A stretch of DNA of 64,000 nt, taken from positions 3,200,001 to 3,264,000 of the forward strand of contig CAVWLP010000002.1 of NCBI GenBank assembly GCA_963755915.1, read 5' to 3'. Within the stretch, counting starts at the first letter, position 1. The number at the start of each line of letters is the position of its first letter. The position numbers and the translations under genes are program-made. The notes beneath the pieces are model-generated. The model was not told the origin of the DNA. It did no database searches and worked only from the letters and a program-made list of their open reading frames with translations. The DNA comes from an uncultured Phycisphaerales bacterium. GTDB lineage: Bacteria > Planctomycetota > Phycisphaerae > Tepidisphaerales > Tepidisphaeraceae. Positions 32,457-41,600 of this stretch are shown here, in pieces.

Positions 32457-33343
32457 GACCTTCGTTGATGCAGACGCTCAAGCAACTTCGGCTTTCAGGT
32501 CTGGCGAGCAGCCTTGAAGTTCGCCTGAGCGAGGCGGCCGGCAATCGGCTCGACCACAGTGAGTTTTTGGAACTGATCCTTCAGGATGAACTGAACGTCC
32601 GATCCAGCCGGCAGATCGGCCGGCGCGTCAAGGCGGCGATGTTCCGCGACACCAAAAACCTCGACGAGTTCGACTTCTCCTTCAACACCTCCATCAAACG
32701 CAAACAGATTCACGATCTGGCCGCCGGCCAGTTCATTCGTGACAAACGTGACGTGCTCTTGCTGGGTCCGCCCGGCGTGGGCAAATCGTTTTTGGCCCAG
32801 GCCATCGGACACCAGGCGATCAAGAGCGGCTTGGTGGTCCTGTACCGATCCATCTTCGACCTGGCCCGCGACTTTTTAGGCGACGAGGATCTGGGAGCCC
32901 AGGACAAGACGCTGGCCCGGTATCTCAAGCCTGATCTGCTTATCATCGACGACATGGGAATGAAGCAGCTTCCGCGGCGCAGCGGCGAATGCCTGCTGGA
33001 GATCGTCATGCGCCGGCACGAGAACCGCTCGACGATGATGACCAGCAACCGTCCACTGGAGGACTGGGCCAAGCTGATCGGCGACGTGCCGGCGGCCACG
33101 GCCATTCTGGATCGGTTCCTGCAGCACGCCACGATCATCAACATCACCGGCAAGAGCTACCGCCTTCGGCATGGGGGCCATTCGACTTCGCTCACGGCAG
33201 GCCAATCCGGGACACCGGAAAAGACAAATCCAAAAGGACGGCGGAGTACCGCCGGCGATGAAGGGTGCTCCCCCCCGGAAGACACCGTGACAGAGCCGCC
33301 GTTGTCTTCTGATGTGGGGGTATCCGCCGGCCAGACGGCGTGA
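32453..33343 (+). CDS. istB: IS21 helper ATPase
   Basis: GPPGVGKS, LLIIDD, TSNRP and AILDRF...GKSYR. Confidence 0.95.
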   Translation: MRPSLMQTLKQLRLSGLASSLEVRLSEAAGNRLDHSEFLELILQDELNVRSSRQIGRRVKAAMFRDTKNLDEFDFSFNTSIKRKQIHDLAAGQFIRDKRDVLLLGPPGVGKSFLAQAIGHQAIKSGLVVLYRSIFDLARDFLGDEDLGAQDKTLARYLKPDLLIIDDMGMKQLPRRSGECLLEIVMRRHENRSTMMTSNRPLEDWAKLIGDVPAATAILDRFLQHATIINITGKSYRLRHGGHSTSLTAGQSGTPEKTNPKGRRSTAGDEGCSPPEDTVTEPPLSSDVGVSAGQTA

Positions 33344-34002
33344 ACGGGGACCAATAACTCAAGGAACAGTTGCGTCGGATAGAACGGATGCGGTATAGAA
33401 TACGTCAGCACATTGGCCGGTTTTGAAGCGCCCCGCCCTGGCTGGTTTTGGTGCGCCCCGTGACACCATGGCCAACCTGGGCCGGTATGCCGAATCCCGG
33501 GCGTTTGTGATTGAGGCCCTGGATCCCCAGCCCGCGGCCAGCAATGAGGAGGTCATCCACCCCCATGTACAGAGCGGGGCCCTCTGCGCCGGGGATGCCA
33601 TGGCTCCCATAGCCAGCGCCCTTAAGGAGGGGCGGCTGGCCGATGCCTTCCTGGCTGTTAATTCCGTCCTTCACAACTACAACCCCTCCTCCCCCTACGT
33701 TGCCATTGAGGACTGGGAGGGCACCCGCTGCAACGACTGCGAGTGCCTGGTGGATGGGGATCGCAGCTACTTCTGCCACGGCTGTGAAAACAGGGTCTGT
33801 GATGAATGCTCCCGCTGCTGCGATGTCTGTGATGATGTCTATTGCCTCAACTGTCTGGAAACGATCGAGGACCCGGAGCTGAAGTACCTGTGTGAACACT
33901 GCCGGGCCCGGTGTGAGGGATGTGACGGTTTTGCCGTTGCAGATGAACTCAAGGAGGGTCTTTGTCCCAACTGCTTTAATCAACAAGAACAGGAGAATAC
34001 CG

Positions 34003-34388
34003 ATGAACAGTCAAACTCTGATTCCGCCGCCCAGGATAGCGGCGCAGCGATCGCCGGTGCCGGCGGAACTAATCCCGGCTCGCCTCAAACAGCAGTCTCG
34101 GCGCCAGCCTGAGAGGCGTCAAAGTGTCCTGCGCTTTGCTCCTCTGGCGTGGCTGAAGCTGCGACTCTTTCTTCATGCCGGAGAGACGGAGGATGGATGA
34201 GTATGGGAGCGGCGGTGTTCCCGGAGGAATTTGTGCGGCCTACGGTACGGGTTTCGGCTCCCCATCCGTCACCCCGCACTCTTCTGGACCGCCCGGACAT
34301 GCTGGATGAACTGTATGACCGGGCATTCCTGGATGAGCGGATGGAGGAGCTTTACCTGGCGTCCATGCCGGAGGAGGCATGCTCATGA
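34003..34388 (+). pseudogene. Probable JAB/MPN peptidase remnant with its catalytic core deleted
   Basis: AGGAG RBS and ATG at 34003; LRFAPLAWLKLRLFLHAGETE breaks near 34191 and jumps to an acidic tail whose stop overlaps a ThiF ATG. No HxH motif remains, so the call rests on the N-terminal pattern and gene position. Confidence 0.5.
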
Positions 34389-35062
34389 CCACGGTAACAG
34401 AGGTGCCTGATCTATCCCTTCGGGATATCCGGCAGAGAGATTTGGTGCCGCCTGAGAAGCTCGCCGGCTGTCATGCCCTTGTTATTGGCGTGGGAGCCGT
34501 GGGCCGGCAGGTAGCTCTACAGCTTGCCGCGACGGGAATATTCCGGATGACCCTGATCGATCACGATGTCGTGGCGGTCGAAAACCTCGCCCCCCAGGGT
34601 TACTGGCCGGACGATTTGGGCAAAGTCAAAGTAGAAGCGATGGCCCAGCTGTGTCGGAAGATCAACCCGCAAATCGAGCTTGATCTCTATACCGAGCGGT
34701 TCCGCCGTTCGTCGGTAAAGAGCCTGGGCTGCTTTACACAAAGCGATCGCAGGCTCGCGGTCTTTTGCTGCGTTGATTCGATTGAGGTCCGGGCCATTGT
34801 CTGGGAAGCGGTTCGGCATCTGGCATCATTTTTTGTCGATGCGCGGATGGCGGCGGAGGTGGTGCGGGTGCTGGCGTCGGAATGACCGAGTAGTGACACC
34901 CATTACGGCACGACTCTGTTTCCGGCGGCTGAGGCGCATACCGGCTCCTGCACGGCCAAAAGCACGATCTATACCGCCAGCATTGCCGCGGGATTGATGA
35001 TGGCTCAGTTTACGCGCTGGCTGCGGGGATCGGCCAGCAATTTGGCCAGCTCTTCATCATAA
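34379..35062 (+). pseudogene. ThiF/E1-like adenylyltransferase with an in-frame TGA at 34883 and a clipped C-terminus
   Basis: VIGVGAVG, IDHDVV..ENL..Q, GKVKV and CCVDS. The same frame continues past the stop as [31 protein letters not shown]. Confidence 0.85.
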
Positions 35063-35400
35063 GGCTTCGCGTTTTCGGATGCGCGGCATCGGGCGCGCTC
35101 TGCTTCAAGCTTGTTGATGATGTAGTTGCGGACGGCCCGCGAGATAGTTGCGGAACCGGCCGACAGGCGAAGCGTGTTCAAATAGCTTGCCCGTCAGGAA
35201 ATGAGACAAAAGAAAATCCTGTTTCCAGTCCTCAGCATCCTGTGGGCGATGTGGAATCCGCTTCTGAAAAAGTCGCAGGAGGGGGTGATCGTATAGCTCA
35301 ATAAGCGTCCTCCGAGCAGCTTGCGCCGGCGATCTCAATTCCTCGTGCCCGAACGATCTTTGTCCACGCAGTCGGTGGACACATCTCTTCCAACACAGAC
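35035..35400 (-). pseudogene. ECF sigma factor-like fragment
   Basis: ARRTLIELY...DAEDWKQDF...GRFRNYL resembles sigma region 2; broken reading frames. Confidence 0.5.
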
Positions 35401-35585
35401 GGACGATCTCCCCCTGTTGCCCTCCCGGCAGATCCGGCGGTGCCCATTACAATCTGGTGATTGTCCATTATTCGGTCGCTCCTGGGTGCAAATCACACGA
35501 TTACATTATCGCTTGATGCGTAAATCGCTTCAAGATGGTTATGCTTAAAGCGCATCAACTTCGCTTTGGCGGATAGTTCCCGCCG

Positions 35586-35831
35586 ATGCCGACCAAGCGA
35601 AATCAGGCCCTGATTTACCGAAAGGTTCCGAGTTTTTTACGGGAAATGCGGGAAAAGGCCCGACTGACCCAGCGACAGTTAGCGAATCGAATTCATCAGA
35701 GCCAATGGTGGGTCGCGAGGTCTGAAACGGGAAGCCGGCGATTGGACGTGGCCGAATTCATTGAATTCTGCATCGGCTGTCGGCGCGATCCTTCCAAGGC
35801 GCTCACAGAATTGGCCGAAATGCGTCGTTGA
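35586..35831 (+). CDS. XRE-family HTH regulator
   Basis: LREMREKARLTQRQLA...ETGSRRLDVAEF. Confidence 0.88.
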   Translation: MPTKRNQALIYRKVPSFLREMREKARLTQRQLANRIHQSQWWVARSETGSRRLDVAEFIEFCIGCRRDPSKALTELAEMRR

Positions 35832-35899
35832 TCTCGCGTTGCGATACTGGTGGCGTTTTGTCGCCGGCGCCGGATTGTCGACGCAATTGGGCAACCGCG

Positions 35900-36096
35900 T
35901 GGAATCATCGCAACGGCAATTGGCTGAAGCGCTGGGGCGTGAACAAAATCTGATTGGCCGCATCGAGACGGGTCAGCGGCGAATCGATTTAATCGAGTGG
36001 GTGGGAATCTGCCGGGCCTGCAAGGTGGATCCGGAAGTTGAAATCGCGCGGCTGGTGCGGCAGATCAAGCCGCTGGTGCCCCAGCGGCGGCGATGA
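35900..36096 (+). pseudogene. Second XRE HTH paralog with a degraded 5' end
   Basis: SQRQLAEALGREQNLIGRIETGQRRIDLIEW; no convincing start codon. Confidence 0.65.
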
Positions 36097-36205
36097 GATG
36101 GACAACTGCCCGGGCAACTTGCAATTAACAATCGCGGCTTCAACCTTTCTGGTCGCCGTAGCTTTATATTGACATTGTTATAGCAAACCGATAAATGCCT
36201 CCACA

Positions 36206-36655
36206 ATGACCAGCGCAACCACCCTCTCAAAAGCCCTAAACGCGATCAAAACGGAGTTGGAAACACTGCGTCGGAAGAAAGTGGAGGCCATCCTTCGGCC
36301 TCTTCACCGCGAGCGGCGGAAACTTCAGGCGAGAGTCGAAAAGATCAACCAGTTGATCGATCGAGCACTCGGTAAGGCCGTGGTCGGAAAAGCAATTGCT
36401 TCAATCCCGGCAACAAACGGGAGAGGGCCCAGAAGTAGAAAACGTATCCGCCGAAGCGGCGAGGAGTTGAAAAAGATCGCCAATAGCGTCGTCGAATTCA
36501 TCAAATCAAAGGGTACGGCTGGCGTAACTCCCGCGGAGATCAAAGCAGCGTTTGGCCAGCTATTTCCAAGTCCACCGCAATTCGTCAAGAAGCACGCTGG
36601 AGTGCAGCTTAAGCGAAAGGGACACGCCAAGCGGCCGAGGTATTTCCATAGCTGA
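36206..36655 (+). CDS. Basic coiled-coil + putative DNA-binding domain protein
   Basis: N-terminal amphipathic coil, RSRKRIRRS linker and a small basic C-terminal domain. Confidence 0.7.
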   Translation: MTSATTLSKALNAIKTELETLRRKKVEAILRPLHRERRKLQARVEKINQLIDRALGKAVVGKAIASIPATNGRGPRSRKRIRRSGEELKKIANSVVEFIKSKGTAGVTPAEIKAAFGQLFPSPPQFVKKHAGVQLKRKGHAKRPRYFHS

Positions 36656-36718
36656 ATGATTTCGTATCGGCTGCACGCTTAATCACAGAGGCAAGCAACG
36701 CGAAAAGGGGAAAATAAG

Positions 36719-36955
36719 ATGGCGTCCGGAAAAAGCATTATTCGTATATCGCTCAGCGCAGAGGATATCCGCGCGCTTGAAAAGCTATGTGAAAAGCGAG
36801 GCATGACACAGATTTCACTGGTTTCCCGAATGGTAGAGTGGCTGGCGCGCCAGGATTATGACACCCAGAGCGATATCCTCACTTCCGGCTCGGAAGATGC
36901 GTCGAAGAAAACCCTGAAGTTGCTGAGGCGGATGGCGGCTCCGCGAAAAACATGA
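36719..36955 (+). CDS. Ribbon-helix-helix (CopG-like) small protein
   Basis: IIRISLSAEDIRALEKLCEKRGMTQISLVSRMVEWL has a strand-helix-helix pattern. Confidence 0.65.
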   Translation: MASGKSIIRISLSAEDIRALEKLCEKRGMTQISLVSRMVEWLARQDYDTQSDILTSGSEDASKKTLKLLRRMAAPRKT

Positions 36956-36989
36956 GTCGGCGTACGGCGCGACTTGCCTTACCAAATCC

Positions 36990-37100
36990 GTGAGCGATGT
37001 ATGAACCGCACCCACTCCTGCCCTCGACGGCATCGGGTTCCTCCGGAAGGTTCGTCATCAGATGCGCGAGGAAATGCTGGGGATCGATGCGATGCCGCTT
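36990..37100 (-). mobile_element. IS66 remnant (transposase C-terminus and right end)
   Basis: KRHRIDPQHFLAHLMTNLP, then an IS66-like terminus reading GTGAGCG on the + strand at 36990. Confidence 0.6.
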
Positions 37101-37498
37101 CAATGGGCCCGGCTTCGTCACCCTCAAAAGACGAAACTCAGAATGACATTCCCCCGACTGCCCTCGGCCCTGTCAGCGATTCGCATGGCTGAGTCTGGTG
37201 AGATTCTAAAAAACGTTTTTAGACTCAGCTGATCCAGTTACCAACTCCCCAGGACGGTTTACGGCCCAAGCTCGGCTTTATTGGGCCGCCAGGGCCTCCA
37301 GAACGAAGCCAGAGCAGTTAAGGAGTGGAAAAGGCGTAGGAACATTGGGGCATCAGGGTTCGTCTGGCGGGGGGGAATAGGGCGGGCGATAGATTTACCC
37401 TCGCGGCGAGTGCCATCTCAACTTCCACTCGTCGGGCTGCCAATCGGCGTGGATGATAGATTCTGCTTCTAAATTGCGGTCCCCGGCAAATTCGCCGC

Positions 37499-37921
37499 CT
37501 AGAGCGATCGAAGCGCCTTGGCCGCCTTGTTGGCGTCGGCCGGGTTATCCATGCCGAGGTAGGCGACGAAATTCCGCCCGATAACGGCCATGGAAATGCC
37601 GCGAACGTTCACGCCGGCCTCGGCGATCGCCGCGGTGATTTTGCCGCCCAGGCCAGGCTTATCGGTTCCCTCGATCCGCAGCGTGACAATGTGCGCCGCG
37701 GCTGACAAGCCCGCAGCCTTGGCCGCGGCAGTCACCTTGCTTCCCTTGATCGGCGTAACAAAAACGCTCCCTTGTCCAGGGCTCGCCGGATTGCGCCTGG
37801 CGATGACACATTCGAGGTCTGCTCCCGCAGCCCCGATGATCTGTAACACTTTAGCCAGGCCGCCGGGTACGTCGCTGATTTCCCCAGCCCACACATCCAC
37901 TTTGGAAATCTTTAATGACAT
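37499..37921 (-). CDS. Tandem ACT-domain protein
   Basis: DVPGGLAKVL...GADL and DKPGLGGKI...AGVNV. Confidence 0.88.
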   Translation of the reverse strand: MSLKISKVDVWAGEISDVPGGLAKVLQIIGAAGADLECVIARRNPASPGQGSVFVTPIKGSKVTAAAKAAGLSAAAHIVTLRIEGTDKPGLGGKITAAIAEAGVNVRGISMAVIGRNFVAYLGMDNPADANKAAKALRSL

Positions 37922-38646
37922 GGCTTCTCCTTTCACTGTCGGGATCGAGAAATGTTTCTGCAATTCAGGCATTCTAACACGGCATGTCTCGGGTAACACA
38001 GCTGCGGCGCCGGTATGAATGGAGATGGCTCAGATTCCAGGGGGAGCCGGCAGCACAAAGTTTCTTTCAAAGGATTCGTCGGTGCCTGCGGATCGGCAGT
38101 TGATTGCCGGTCCGCGGCATCGGCGATAACGATGGAGTGCACAGAAACGCGAAACTCTTTTTCTTTAGCCGTTGTGGGGCACAGTGACCCCTGATTCACG
38201 TTCGCTAAGGTCCGTCAGTGGCGGAGTGTGCCAGGTAAGAGCGAGGCCAGTGTCGCCGTGACGAACCCAGCGCATCAGGAAACTGAGCGGGGCGGTGGCT
38301 CGGGCGCGGAAGATCAGGAACTGGTTCGGCGCACACAAGCGAACACCACGGAAGCGCTGATGACATTCATTGGAGCGATCGCTTGGCCTGCTCAAGTTCG
38401 AAGGGGTGCCGCACCTCGGTCGGCCAGCTAAGCGCGGAGCGAGGCCGAGATGATCTACTTCATCCAATGGCGAGTTTTTCCATTTAGGAAGCCTGGGCGA
38501 GCGCATCAGGCAAGCGAAAGGCCGAAGGCTTCCATTCATGGAAAGCGGCCTTGGCAGCTTGCCGGGCCTGGCGGCGGTTTTAGACGTCGCCGTCCATAAA
38601 GGCCGCGTGTCGCGGATCGCGGCAGCGGGAGGGTATAAGCCTCCGA

Positions 38647-41600
38647 TTACGGACGCAAATGCTTCGGCGGAGGGGAGGCCGTAATTGTGAACGGATTGGA
38701 AGTGTCGGCGACGCAAAAGTCGAGGAACACTTCGAGCCTGTAGGTGCCGCCCGCGTTCACGGAGAGATTGCTGAACGTGGCGACGCCATTCACGGCCCGA
38801 ACCCGGGTTGTGCCGGAAAGAATTCCCTGATGACCGCTCGTTTCCAGGAAGAGCGTGACCGTTGAGTTGAAGCCGGTTTCGAGATTGCCGTATTGATCCT
38901 CGACATCGACGACGACCGGGCCGATCTGGTCTCCCGCGCCGGTGCTATTGGGCTCATCGACAAACACGAGCCTGGCCGGCGCGGCGGGAGTGATCTTGAA
39001 GCTGTCGGTGAGCGCCGAAGTGTCGGTGCCGTCGGTGGCCTTGAGGGTGTAAGTGCCGGCGGTGGTGAGGTAGAGATTCCAGAAGATGGCAACGCCATGG
39101 AATGCGCGGACGCTGACCTGGCCGTGGAGATTTCCAGGGCCGGAAACGACGCTGAGAGTTACCGTGGAATCGTCGGAAGTCGCCAGTTTGCCCTTGTTGT
39201 TTTCGATGTAGACGACCACGGGTCCGAGCCAGCCGGCCTCGGTCGTGCGCGGCTCGACCAGGAACTCGAGTTTGTTCGTCGCCGGAGCAGGGGTAATCAC
39301 GAACGTAACCGCGGTGCTCATCACCGGCGCGTAGTCCGTGCTGCCGGCGAACGAACCTACGAAGGTGTAGGTGCCGGCGGTGCTGGGCGCGTCGCTCGTG
39401 CCGTTTCCATTTACAGTGCTGCCGATGTAGTAGGTGAAGGTTGGGCTGACGCCCTCGAGGCTGCCGGAGGGTGACACGCCGAGCGCGCTGAGCGTCGCCG
39501 TCGCCGGGTAGGTTGAGCCGTTGGCAACACCGCCGGCGTCGGAGACGGTAAGTGTCGGTGTAATCAACTCACCTTGCTGCTGAATCGATCCGGTGAATCC
39601 GGTTGTGCCGCCTGGAGTCGAGAACGTGGAGCCGTTCTCAACGATGATGGTTCCGCCGCCGGTGAGCGCGCCGGAGGTGACGATCTGGCTGCCGGCGCCT
39701 TCGATTTCGAGCGTCGCGCCCGCAGCAACCGTGATACCGGCTGGGAACGTCAAAAGGCCGTCCAATATCAGCGTGCCGCTTTCCAGATCGATCGGATTTC
39801 CGACGATGGGATCGGTAATGGTGGCCACAGTCGTGAAGTTCGATGTGGAAGATTGCTGCCGGCCGACACCGATGGTTCCGATGAAATAGGCGATCACACC
39901 GGGGGGCGCAATTGGGGCACCGAAAGGATAGTTCTGGGAGGCTAAGACTAAGATTGTGCCGCCGCTGCTGTTCACCTGGCCGGTGTAGCTCGGATTGCTG
40001 CTGGCCACTTCAAGAGTATCCAACCCGTTCTGAAGTGAAATATTTCCGGCGCCCGACAGAGTGCCGAATAACGCAATATCGCCGGTGAGAAGCAGCGTTC
40101 CATTGGTGATGGTTAACGAGCCTTCCAGTTTAAACCGCGTGGTACCGGCGGCGATTGTGGGACTGTTCGTCGCCACGATTGGGTTGCTGACGCCCGTGTA
40201 ATTGGTGCCGTTGGGATTCGACGCGACGGCGTTCAGGAGGGTGGCGCCGTTGAGCGTCAGAGTACCCGATCCAAAGGGGTGAACGTCGGCAATGTCATTA
40301 TCAATGGCAACTGCGCCAGCAGCGAGGGTAATCGGACCGGTGTAATCGAAATCGCCGGTATACATCCCGGCGGCGTCGGTGGTGAGGGTGCCCGCCTGCA
40401 TGTTGATGCCGCCGGCGCCGGTGATGGTGCCGAGATTCGAGCCGGCTCCCTCCAGTATCACCTTTCCTGTGCTTACCGTGATCTGGTTGGCTCCTCCGTT
40501 CAAGATGGCGCCGCCGATGATCAACGAGCTAAGCGGGCCTCCCGATGTCTGCGGCTCATCGGGTATGGCGATGGGGGCCGTGCTGGTGCCCGACAAAATC
40601 GCCGAGCCGATTCCATAGATATTCAGCGTGCCAGTTCCCTGAACGCCACCGGCGAGATTCAGAACGTCCGACGCGGAACTGGTGAAGATGTGGTCGTCGC
40701 CCGTTCCGGTCATCACCGGATTGCTGAAGGCGATCGAACCTTGCGTTTGCAGGAAGGTGCCGCTCTGGTAAACAAGGGTGTTATCCAGAGTCACCGTTTG
40801 AGAATTGCCCTGGGTATTGATGAGCAAGGGAACGATGGAACTGGGGCCCTGTGGATTGGCGATGATGAGCTGACCGGCGCCGAGGACGGATGTGCCTGGG
40901 GTGGCGTTGATAACGTCCTGAACGTTCATTCCCTGGTCGATGATGATGTTGCCGGTAAATTGGCCGACGGAGGCCGAAGAAGCGAGGGTTCCGACCTTGA
41001 GTTCGATAGCGCCGGTGCTCTGGAGGTTGGTCAATAGATTTACGGTACCGGCGTCGATGACGATCTGGCCATCGCTGGTGCTGGTTGCGCCATTCAAGGT
41101 GCCGGAGAGGTTGAGAACGGGTGCGGTACCATTGAGGTCGAAGACGACGCCGTTGGCAACGGTGCCACTGATGGAAACGGTGTTCGAGGTGAGGGAGGAG
41201 TCGAGGGTGGCAGTTCCGGCAAGGGTGCCGGTGAAGGAGAGGTTGGTGCCGGCGGTGGCGGTGAGGGTGCTATTGGCGTTAACGGTGACTGTACCGGCGA
41301 AATTTGTATTGCCGGTGACGTTGACGGTGGCGCCCTGGAACACGATGGGGGTGTCGATTGCGAGCGAGGCAGTGGAGGAGCCATCAACGAGGTATGGGCC
41401 GGTGGTTCCAGAGGTGTTTGTCGGGGCGGCAAATATGAGTTGACCGATGCCAAGGACGCTGGTGGCGGTGGTGGCGAGGACTTCGGCGGTGAGGCCGGTT
41501 TGCGGGGTTTCGGCGGAGATATTGCCGCCGTAGTTGGGAGCGCCGGCGGCGATGAGTGTGCCGGACTGGATGTCGATGCCACCGTTGCCAGTGAGAGTGT

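Larger units (their letters stand above)
30611..33465 (+). mobile_element. IS21-family insertion sequence, 2855 bp, with 6-bp target duplication CCATGG
   Basis: Ends TGTCATGGGGCGCGC...GTGCGCCCCGTGACA; repeated AAAACC(G/A)GCCA motifs at both ends; CCATGG at 30605-30610 and 33466-33471; contains istA and istB. Confidence 0.96.
30190..34112 (+). pseudogene. E2-like (UBC-fold) protein with a C-terminal 8x CxxC domain, interrupted by IS21
   Basis: Removing 30611-33471 restores one reading frame (...FRIKLSM|ANLGRY...) of about 353 aa, with HPHVQSGALC (Cys codon 33585-33587) and eight CxxC pairs. Confidence 0.7.

Noticed and set aside
34883-34885. Selenocysteine TGA in the ThiF/E1 gene
   Set aside because: The position is a variable linker, the likely catalytic Cys is 22 codons later, and the surrounding operon is degraded.
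34379-35062. ThiF/MoeB for thiamine or molybdopterin synthesis
   Set aside because: No thi, moa or moe genes are nearby, the MoeB-type zinc CxxC pairs are absent, and the gene is coupled to E2-like and JAB-like genes in an island.
38000-38640. Possible gene or ncRNA between the ACT gene and the giant surface protein
   Set aside because: No frame gives a recognisable protein and I could not support a structured RNA; left unannotated.
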